From contig CAMOFK010000006.1 in assembly GCA_946613265.1 (NCBI GenBank), forward strand, positions 1 to 58,899: a DNA stretch of 58,899 bases. Reading direction: 5' to 3'. Under the pieces are notes generated by a model, which was given only the letters and a program-made list of their open reading frames with translations, searched no databases and was not told where the DNA came from. Position numbers and translations under genes: made by a program. Of the stretch, positions 19,161-26,999 are shown piece by piece (within the stretch, counting starts at the first letter, position 1; the number at the start of each line of letters is the position of its first letter). Origin of the DNA: an uncultured Verrucomicrobiota bacterium (GTDB lineage: Bacteria; Verrucomicrobiota; Kiritimatiellia; RFP12; UBA1067).

Positions 19161-21413
19161 TCATCTAACTTCCGGGCGTATTCTGCGCGCGGCCTTTTCG
19201 CGGGCGAAGCGGCGGGACTTCATCACCATGCGGCAGACGCGCGCCGCGCTCGTGCGCACGGCATCGACCGTCAAGTTGTCGCCGTCTTCCGCACGCACGG
19301 CGAGCATGACGCCAAAGCCTTCCTTCGCAGCTTTGCGATCGATTTCGCCGCGGTCGGAGGGCATCTTCACGTCGTTGCCGGCCGCAAGCTCTCGCCAGAG
19401 AGGAACTGTCGTCCACCAGTCCGTCATCGTGACTCCGTCAAAGCCCCATTCATCGCGCAGTATGCCGGTGACAAGCCCGTAGTGTTCGCCGCAGTTGTAG
19501 CCGTTGATCCCGCTGTAGGCCGTCATTATCGCCCACGGCTTCGCCTCTTTGACGGCGCGCTCGAATCCGCGTAGGTATATCTCGCGGAACGCCCGCTCGC
19601 CGACGATATCCTTCTCGTATCTGCGCGTCGCCTCGCGGTTGTTTCCGGCGAAGTGCTTGAGCGTCGCGCCCACGCCGCGGGACTGCACGCCCTTGACGTA
19701 TTCCGCCGCCGACACGCCAGAGACGAGCGGATCCTCGCTGAAATACTCGAAGTTGCGCCCGCACAACGGATGGCGGTGTATGCAGAGACCCGGCGCGAGG
19801 AGGATATCGAAGTCCGTCTCCGCCGCCTCGGCACCCAGGGCATCGCCGACTTCCCGCAGCAGTGCGGGGTCGAAGGACGACGCCAGCAGCGCCGCGCACG
19901 GGAAATACGTCGACTTGATGGAGCGGCGTATCCCTGCGGGACCGTCACATGTCTGCGCAGCCGAAATGCCGAACTTCGCCAGTGCGCCGATCGAACCCGT
20001 GCCGTTTGGATCGACCCTCGGATGCCCGTAGCAGAGGAACAGCATCTCATTGAGCGTCATCTGGTCGAGGAGCTGATCCATCGTCGCCTTTCCGTCGGCG
20101 ACGTCGTACAGCGTGACGGACGGCGTTTCCACGGGCTCCTTGCGGACCTTACCCTTCCCGAGTCGCCCGGGACGCGTCGGATAGGCAAGCGGCACGGCAG
20201 TATATGAGCCGTCCGCCCGCAGCCTGCGCGCCAGCGTATCGGTCCTCAACTTGAAGCCGGGCGTCTCCAGCACTTCCGGCGCGGCGACCGTGAAGTTCCC
20301 GACCGGCACGACATCGCGCACCGAGCCGCCGGCGAGAACCGTGTACTCGCCCTGGTCGAGAACCCAAGCGCCGGGATTCCCGCTCGCACCTTCGTCATCG
20401 AAATACGCGAGGTCGCGCTTTGCGAAGGAAAGCGTCAGCTCTTCGCTCTCGCCAGGATCGAGGAGCTTCGTCTTCGCGTATGCGCGCAGTTCGATCGCCG
20501 GATGCTCCGCCTTCCCGCCCTTCTGGGACGTATAGCAGAGGACCGACCGCTTGCCGGCGACCTTGCCGGTGTTGGTGACGCGAACGGTTACCCGGACTTC
20601 GGGCTCAAGACTTCTGACGTCCGAAGTCTGAAGTCCGAAGTCCGTGTAGCTCAGCCCGTGCCCGAACGGATATACGACCTTCTCCTTCGCGCCGGGAATC
20701 GTCTCGAAATAGCGGTAGCCGACGAAAATGTCGTCTTCGTACGGCACGGCACCGCGATAGTCCACAAAGCCGCTGTCACTCGGCCAGTCGCGGACAGCGC
20801 GAGCGAGCGTGCTCGCAAGGCGTCCGGAGGGATTGATCTTTCCCGAAACGATGTCGCCGACAGCCGCACCGCCTTCGCCGCCCGGATACCATGTCCACAG
20901 AATCGCACCCACCGTCGGATCTTCCGCCAGCGGCGAGAGGTTGATCGCGTGCCCGCTGTTGCACACGACGACGATTTTCGCGAATCCAGCAGACTTGATT
21001 CCGGCAAGCGTCTCGCGCTCCTTCTCCGAAAGGTCGAACCACGATTCGCTGTTGTCGCGTCCCTCTCTGGACGCGCGCTCGATGATCATGACGGCCGCCT
21101 CGCGGCTCTGCGGATCAAGGACGAATCCAGCCTCTTTCAAACCGGAGGGAATGTCCACAACGCGGACGGCCTTTACGTCCGACGAACCGCCGCCGCCGGC
21201 GCGATACTTCCCGGTAATGTCGAAGAGCGCGATTTTTCCGCCCTGAGCGAGCGGCAGCGTTCCGTTTTCGTTCTTCAGCAGCACCATGCTCTCCGCCGCC
21301 GCGCGGCGCGAAAGCGCGGCGCCTTTCGCGACCGTCGCTTCATCGAGCTCCTGCCCGAATACGGTTGCCGCTACTGTCATCGCCACAACCATCAGTGCGT
21401 TTCTAGTCTTCAT
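19161..21413 (-). CDS. GH3 beta-glycosidase with permuted domain order (C-domain, Fn3-like, TIM barrel)
   Basis: SMVLLKNEN first; YPFGHGLSYT; then DGPAG, GRNFEYFSEDP, KHF, MTAY, MTDW; signal peptide. Confidence 0.92.
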   Translation of the reverse strand: MKTRNALMVVAMTVAATVFGQELDEATVAKGAALSRRAAAESMVLLKNENGTLPLAQGGKIALFDITGKYRAGGGGSSDVKAVRVVDIPSGLKEAGFVLDPQSREAAVMIIERASREGRDNSESWFDLSEKERETLAGIKSAGFAKIVVVCNSGHAINLSPLAEDPTVGAILWTWYPGGEGGAAVGDIVSGKINPSGRLASTLARAVRDWPSDSGFVDYRGAVPYEDDIFVGYRYFETIPGAKEKVVYPFGHGLSYTDFGLQTSDVRSLEPEVRVTVRVTNTGKVAGKRSVLCYTSQKGGKAEHPAIELRAYAKTKLLDPGESEELTLSFAKRDLAYFDDEGASGNPGAWVLDQGEYTVLAGGSVRDVVPVGNFTVAAPEVLETPGFKLRTDTLARRLRADGSYTAVPLAYPTRPGRLGKGKVRKEPVETPSVTLYDVADGKATMDQLLDQMTLNEMLFLCYGHPRVDPNGTGSIGALAKFGISAAQTCDGPAGIRRSIKSTYFPCAALLASSFDPALLREVGDALGAEAAETDFDILLAPGLCIHRHPLCGRNFEYFSEDPLVSGVSAAEYVKGVQSRGVGATLKHFAGNNREATRRYEKDIVGERAFREIYLRGFERAVKEAKPWAIMTAYSGINGYNCGEHYGLVTGILRDEWGFDGVTMTDWWTTVPLWRELAAGNDVKMPSDRGEIDRKAAKEGFGVMLAVRAEDGDNLTVDAVRTSAARVCRMVMKSRRFAREKAARRIRPEVR
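20593..20644. repeat. In-frame palindromic heptamer repeat element
   Basis: ggacttc gggctca agacttc tgacgtc cgaagtc tgaagtc cgaagtc. Confidence 0.7.
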
Positions 21414-21481
21414 TTGCCTTTTCTCATGTTTGAATGAAGTACACAATTTCATATTCAATTGCTCCTTTCTCGCTTCACACT

Positions 21482-22999
21482 TTACACTCTCACTGTTGTT
21501 CCGATCGTCTTGCCCTTGGTGCCAAGGCTGCTGACAGGCCTGACGGCGATGGTCAGCTTCTTCCCTGCGGGGAGTTCGGCGGCGGGTATTTCGACTTCCG
21601 TGATGCCGCGGTTCGGCTCGTGACCGATGCCTGCGTTCGCGCCCGCGAAAAATGCGTTCTTGAAGAGCTTCGCTTTCGGATCGTCTCCTACCACGACTAT
21701 TTCGTATGCGTAGACGCGTGAATCGGGATTCCCGTCAGCCATAGGAATCTTGATTTTAAGAGAAGGGACGGAAGCGACAGAAGGGACAGAAGAGACAGAG
21801 TCGCCGTTCTTTGTTCCTTTGGTCGCTTTTGTCCCTTTCTCGACGACCAGTTTCGCCTTGTTGCCGAACTGCGGCTCGCCGACAACCTTCTTCAATTCGT
21901 CCCGCGAAAACGGATGCTTCCCCGTTTCCCGTTCCCCATTCCCCGTTTCCCATCCCAGCGGCAGCACCCAGTCGGGGCCAAGCTTGCCGCCCTTGCCCAC
22001 CTCGTGCCGCTCGAATACCACCATGTCGTCATAGACGTTCACGATCATCGCCTGGCGGGACGGATTCTCAACTTCGCTCCACGCCGCCGGATGGTCGATT
22101 TGCTTGACAGTGAGACCACCCTTTGCAAGGCGCTCTTTGCCGTCCAGAACGTTTGCGCCGTCCATGCGGCACGCGCCGACCTGGATTGTCGGAAAGAAAC
22201 CGAAACCGAAGTCGCCGAGGAAGATGGTCTTCCAGTCCGCGTTGCTCATGTGCCAGTGTCCGCAGAACGCGACTGCGTTCGCATACTCTCTCAACGCATT
22301 GAAAAACGCAAAATGGTTCCGTTCGTGCGAGAGTATGAAGAACGGCTTGGTCCCCTTCAGCGAACATTCCCCGGCCTTGGCGTTCACGAACTCAGCGAGT
22401 TTCATCTCGTCCGTTTCCCAATGGCGGCCGAAGAAGTGGTAGCCCTTCACCTCCTTGTGCCAGACCTCCTCGTACTTCTCGCCCCAGACCTGCTCCCAGT
22501 GCTTCGGCAGGTCACCGCACAAGACATGCTTCGCACGTTCCACCGGGTCCTTCCAGATGTGCGGCGCCCACGCTCCGGCTCCGGCCGCCACGTTTCCGTA
22601 CAGTTCGTGGTTGCCGACGACCAGCAACTTCTCCACCTTGTGGCTGTCCTTCGCCTTGCCATGCGGAAAGAACTTCTCGAAAATGTCGCGGTGGTACTGG
22701 ATCTCTACGTTCTTGCCGCGATGCGCCGCGTCTCCGAGGTGCATGAACGCGTCGATGTTGCGCTCGCGGAAGAGCTTCATCGCGTTAGTGACGTAGGTGA
22801 GCGGAAAACCGTCGTGCGGAGTCACACCGTCCCAACCCGACTGCAAATGCGTGTCGCTCAGGATGCCGAAAACGAGATTCGGCTTCTTCGCTGGCTTCCA
22901 GTCCGCAGGCGCGGCAAATAGAGGCGTTCCCGGCAGTGCCAGAAACCCGAGCGTCGCCATCGACTCCTTCAAAAACTCCCGCCTCGCCAGCTCCATCAC
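21482..22999 (-). CDS. Tat-exported calcineurin-like metallophosphoesterase
   Basis: ARREFLK twin-arginine signal; DTH, GD, GNHE, GHWH motifs. Confidence 0.88.
   Translation of the reverse strand: MMELARREFLKESMATLGFLALPGTPLFAAPADWKPAKKPNLVFGILSDTHLQSGWDGVTPHDGFPLTYVTNAMKLFRERNIDAFMHLGDAAHRGKNVEIQYHRDIFEKFFPHGKAKDSHKVEKLLVVGNHELYGNVAAGAGAWAPHIWKDPVERAKHVLCGDLPKHWEQVWGEKYEEVWHKEVKGYHFFGRHWETDEMKLAEFVNAKAGECSLKGTKPFFILSHERNHFAFFNALREYANAVAFCGHWHMSNADWKTIFLGDFGFGFFPTIQVGACRMDGANVLDGKERLAKGGLTVKQIDHPAAWSEVENPSRQAMIVNVYDDMVVFERHEVGKGGKLGPDWVLPLGWETGNGERETGKHPFSRDELKKVVGEPQFGNKAKLVVEKGTKATKGTKNGDSVSSVPSVASVPSLKIKIPMADGNPDSRVYAYEIVVVGDDPKAKLFKNAFFAGANAGIGHEPNRGITEVEIPAAELPAGKKLTIAVRPVSSLGTKGKTIGTTVRV
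21761..21840. repeat. In-frame palindromic nonamer repeat element
   Basis: agaagggac-like x4, then inverted gtccctttc-like x3; encodes KGTKATKGTK...SVSSVPSVASVPS. Confidence 0.8.
21918..21952. repeat. In-frame heptamer tandem repeat
   Basis: ttccccg tttcccg ttcccca ttccccg tttccca (WETGNGERETGK). Confidence 0.75.
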
Positions 23000-25900
23000 T
23001 CCGTCTCCTTCCTTTCCATCGGCGCGGGGGCGGCCGTTGCGACGCCGCCGGCGAGTTCGACGCGCCAGAGTTTTTCCAGCTCATCTGCAGTCATGCCCGT
23101 CGCGTCCTTCCAGAACGTCCCGTCGTCGAACGCATGCGCGCGCAGCGCCGCGTTGGCCCTCACCAGAGTGCCGCGATGGTTGCGCTCAACGAAGTCCAGG
23201 AAGGAGGCCGTCGCACGGCACGAGTCGCTGTAACGGCATGCGCCGACATTGTCGCACGAATAGTCGCGCTTGCCGGAGTATCGATCGAATATGTAGCACT
23301 TGGCGTATTCCGCTATGCCCTCGGCGAGCCATTTGGGGCAGTTTTCCTCCGTGGCGCCCAGCGTCTTCTTGTACCCCTGCATCACCTGTACAAGAGCGCG
23401 GAAGAACGTGCCTGCCGCATCGCCGTCCTTGTTCTCGCGGAACCACTTCGCGTTCAGGTAGACGTCGGCGGGCTTGCCGTCGGCGATTCTCACGGGCGGC
23501 GCGCCGTCGTCATCCACATACGCGACCTTAACGCGACGCGGGACGGGCCACCCGGATGTGATGTAGATTGCGACGCCCGAGACGGCATTCCTCATGTGTT
23601 CCGTGCCGCCGAGGGCGCTTCTCGACCATTCCTTCAGGTCCGGCGCGGCGGTCGTGTCGAAATCCAGGTCAAGGAACACTGGCGAAACGTCTTCCCGCAG
23701 TTTCGCATCGCGCGGCCTGACGGAATAAAAGTACCTGTCCCAGACAAGAATGTCATAATCCTTCAGCGTATCAACGCAAATTAAGTTTTTCTGCTGGAAC
23801 TTCTGATCGTCAAACTTGACTAGCGGACTCTTCAGGCTTATGTCAACGTCGCATGCCGTGACCGAAGTCGGCATCCCGCAGGCCATCTCGACTTTTCTGA
23901 TTCCGTTTATGTCGCCCACTTTACACTCGACCTTCGTGCCCGGCTTCCATTGCCACCCCTGCCCGCCCATAAGCTGTGTCATGTTGCCCCCTGTGTCGAG
24001 GAGAAACGAAACCGGCTTTCCGTTCACGATACCGAAAAACGAGCAGATGTACTCCCCGCCCGGAACGAATCCGCCGGCTGTGAAGGACTTGAATCCCTTT
24101 CGCTCCCTTAGATTGAACACAAGTTTCCTGTCGCCGACGGATACAAGCGTCGGCACACTGCCGAGGACATCCAGCCCAAGTATCCCGTCTTTTTCATCCC
24201 AGTCGCTGTCCCAGTCGCCGTCGTTCACCGTCACATCCAGTCCGCCGAACTCGACGCCGGAAATCGACATTGAAACCCCATGCAGCTCGAACGCCGAACC
24301 GCTTTCGCGGATGGAATCAATGTTGGAAAAGGCGGCACGGGGGTCTTTCACGCTGCGTACGGCGTCACGCCCGAATGCTCGCTCGACGAACGGCATGTCG
24401 AAAAAGGTGCGCGTGCAGCCGGTATCAACCAGCAGTCTGCACTCGACGCCGTTGACCTGGCAACGCACGACGAGCTGCCCCCAGCCGTTCGTCTCGCACG
24501 GCACGGCGAGCTCACGCTTAAGGCGCTTCAGATCTTTGACTTTCAAAGCCGTGGCGGCTTCCGCCTTCGCAAAGGCTCCGGAAGACAGGTCGGCGCAGCG
24601 CTCGGAGTTCACGTACGCCGTCTCTCCGCGCCAGACGGTCGCGGCAAAGGTCTCCTGCGAAACATCGGGGAACACGCCGAGGCGCAGCATCGTCAAGCCA
24701 TAGGGCACAAGCTCGATCGTCTCTGTTCCATCACCGATGACGACGGGGCGCTCCGGCAGATCTGGCGTGAAGCGCTTTTCGTCAAGCTCCCACTCGATGC
24801 GCTTGACGGATACGCGAATCTTCACGCCTGCAGGGTTCTTGAAAAACCCGGAAGATACGCCCTTTATCGCGCCGGAGCACATGACAACCTCAGCCCTGTG
24901 CGCGGCAAGCGCATAGTTGAACGGACCTGCGGGCTTCAAATTCCACGATTTGAAATCGGGGTTCGCGCTCTTCTTGCCGTTCATGTTCCCATGCTCCTCG
25001 GTATCCTCGGTGCGCTCCGTCGGAATCGGATAGGCGAAGAGGAGCGGACCGCGCGTCACGACAGTCCCCTGGCTAAAGTTGGCGAACTTTGCGGCCGGAC
25101 GCTTGACGAGGCGCTTGGCGACATCCTTGTCGTCCACGACAAACCGCCTCGGAATTTCCTCGAAGCAGACATCCATCGGCAAGTCAAGCTCGATGACGTC
25201 TCCATCCGCGAACCTGCGTCCTATCGTAGCGAACGATCCCGGCATGGCGGCGGCGACAGCTTCGCCGTTCACCTTGACGGACGCGCCCTTGCACCAGCCG
25301 GGGACGCGATACGTGAACGCGCTCTCCTTTGACTCCACCATGCTGAAGCGAAAAACCACCTTGCCGTCGAAAGGATAGTTTGTTTCCTCCTTTATCTTCG
25401 CCCAGCCGAAATCGACCTCCGACGGACCGTAGAGCGCGGCAACTGGCCCGCCGTCCTTATCCTTTAGCCACATGCGCGAAATGTAGTTCGGGATGATGCG
25501 GTTTACATTGCCTGCGCAGCACTCTGTCTCATGCGTCGGACGGTACTGCATCCACGTAGTACCATAGTTCTGGGGATTGTGGTCGGAGTTCGAGGTGGCG
25601 ATGAACTGATTGACGTTAGAAAAATACTGGAGCGACCTGAAGTCATCCGCAATCGCGCCGAAGCCCGCGTTGAACACGCAGCGCTCTATTCTGTCCGCAT
25701 AGGCGGCGTCGCCCGTCGTCTCGAGGAAGTAGCCGAGCGACCAGGTGTAGTCCACGGCATCGCAAGTCTCGTGGCAGATATGGACGCTGTTGCCGAGAGT
25801 GCGCTCGGCCGAAGTCGGGCAACCGTCCGGCAGCATGTGGTCGCGCACGAGCTTGCGCTCTACGTTGACGGCCTGGTTCAGATATTCCTTCTTGCCTGTG

Positions 25901-26745
25901 TAGGCATAGAGGATCATTGGCACCTTCATCTCCTCGCAGTAGCTTACGCCGTGCATGTGGATCGCGTCGTTGTTCGCGCAGTTTTTCGGCGCAAGCTCGT
26001 TCTTCTTCTCGGGCGGCCGCGGCTCGCGAAGGTTCCACGCCGCCTCCGCGAGGTCCAACAGCCGCTTGTCGCCGGTATGCGCATACGTCCATAGCAGGCC
26101 CTCGACGTTGACGATGTTGCGGACCTTTGACACGTGCTCCGTGCCGTAGTTTAGGAAGTTCTTCTGGAGCGCCGCCGGAATGCGCTCATCTGGCGCGGCG
26201 TCGTACTTCGCCTTCATCGCGCGGAAGAACACGGCGAGCGGCCACATGTCATATCCATTCTTGAGTTTGTATCGCGTCGCGTCCCAGAGGCTCGGGTGGC
26301 CGAGGTGTCCGTCCGGCGCGGCGTGTTCAAGCGTGTAGTCGATATTCTCCTCGCCCTTCTTTATGAAGGCCTCGTCGCCTGTCGCGTAGCCAAGGCGCAA
26401 CAATCCGTCGGCGTAATAGGCGGTCTGCTCGTAGCGCCACCAGTCCTGTCCGTGCTTGCCCATGCGAGGAATCTCACCCGCCCAGAGACAGGTGTCGTAA
26501 GGATAGCTAAGGGCCTCGGGGTGTCCCGTAAGTCCCTCGGACTGGAGTTTGCAGGCCTCGCCCAGCCATCCGGCGGGACACGTCTTCGACAGCATTCCGT
26601 CCGTGAACTTTGCGAATGGGGCAACTTCGGCGGAATATGCAATTGTGGAATTGTGGAAATATGCAAATATGCAAACACCCAATGCTGCCAGGGAGCGAGA
26701 CACGAGACGCGGGACGCGCCCATTTTCATATTTCCATAATTTCAT
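22996..26745 (-). CDS. Multidomain secreted protein: GH127/GH146-like hydrolase + two retropepsin-like aspartyl protease domains + degenerate basic secretory protein (BSP)-like domain
   Basis: YEQ, HGV, HETC, ECCAGN, ETNYPF, RGPLLFA, LVPYG; LLVDTG and FLLDTG; PKWLAEGIAEY and TASFL..FWKDATG. Confidence 0.8.
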   Translation of the reverse strand: MKLWKYENGRVPRLVSRSLAALGVCIFAYFHNSTIAYSAEVAPFAKFTDGMLSKTCPAGWLGEACKLQSEGLTGHPEALSYPYDTCLWAGEIPRMGKHGQDWWRYEQTAYYADGLLRLGYATGDEAFIKKGEENIDYTLEHAAPDGHLGHPSLWDATRYKLKNGYDMWPLAVFFRAMKAKYDAAPDERIPAALQKNFLNYGTEHVSKVRNIVNVEGLLWTYAHTGDKRLLDLAEAAWNLREPRPPEKKNELAPKNCANNDAIHMHGVSYCEEMKVPMILYAYTGKKEYLNQAVNVERKLVRDHMLPDGCPTSAERTLGNSVHICHETCDAVDYTWSLGYFLETTGDAAYADRIERCVFNAGFGAIADDFRSLQYFSNVNQFIATSNSDHNPQNYGTTWMQYRPTHETECCAGNVNRIIPNYISRMWLKDKDGGPVAALYGPSEVDFGWAKIKEETNYPFDGKVVFRFSMVESKESAFTYRVPGWCKGASVKVNGEAVAAAMPGSFATIGRRFADGDVIELDLPMDVCFEEIPRRFVVDDKDVAKRLVKRPAAKFANFSQGTVVTRGPLLFAYPIPTERTEDTEEHGNMNGKKSANPDFKSWNLKPAGPFNYALAAHRAEVVMCSGAIKGVSSGFFKNPAGVKIRVSVKRIEWELDEKRFTPDLPERPVVIGDGTETIELVPYGLTMLRLGVFPDVSQETFAATVWRGETAYVNSERCADLSSGAFAKAEAATALKVKDLKRLKRELAVPCETNGWGQLVVRCQVNGVECRLLVDTGCTRTFFDMPFVERAFGRDAVRSVKDPRAAFSNIDSIRESGSAFELHGVSMSISGVEFGGLDVTVNDGDWDSDWDEKDGILGLDVLGSVPTLVSVGDRKLVFNLRERKGFKSFTAGGFVPGGEYICSFFGIVNGKPVSFLLDTGGNMTQLMGGQGWQWKPGTKVECKVGDINGIRKVEMACGMPTSVTACDVDISLKSPLVKFDDQKFQQKNLICVDTLKDYDILVWDRYFYSVRPRDAKLREDVSPVFLDLDFDTTAAPDLKEWSRSALGGTEHMRNAVSGVAIYITSGWPVPRRVKVAYVDDDGAPPVRIADGKPADVYLNAKWFRENKDGDAAGTFFRALVQVMQGYKKTLGATEENCPKWLAEGIAEYAKCYIFDRYSGKRDYSCDNVGACRYSDSCRATASFLDFVERNHRGTLVRANAALRAHAFDDGTFWKDATGMTADELEKLWRVELAGGVATAAPAPMERKETE

Positions 26746-26771
26746 AATTCCACACTTTCACATTTTCACAT
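26635..26771. repeat. Octamer-armed palindromic element, copy 1 (overlaps start and signal peptide of 22996-26745)
   Basis: Five atatgcaa/ttgtggaa units, internal RCGRGAC x3, six inverted tttcatat/ttccacac-type units. Confidence 0.85.
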
Positions 26772-26810
26772 TCTTCATAGTCTCTCTCCTTCAATTTTAC
26801 ACTTTACATT

Positions 26811-26999
26811 TTACACTCTCATCGTTGTTCCGATTGTTTTTCCTTTCGTGCCGAGCGAGCTGACGGGCCGGACGGCGACGGCGAGCTTCTTTCCGGCGTA
26901 TCCTCCGGGCGAAGCGAGCGCGAAGCGGCTAAACGCGGGGTGCGCCAGGAAACCAAGCGTCGCCAAGCCGTCTTTCACGAACTCTCGTCTTGTTATCAT
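26811..26999 (-). pseudogene. Internally deleted metallophosphoesterase minigene (Tat signal fused to the last 28 aa)
   Basis: TRREFVKDGLATLGFLA resembles ARREFLKESMATLGFLA; AGKKLAVAVRPVSSLGTKGKTIGTTMRV resembles the end of 21482-22999. Confidence 0.8.

Noticed and set aside
19161-21413. Permuted GH3 domain order as a novelty
   Set aside because: This arrangement is already known from rumen bacterial GH3 enzymes
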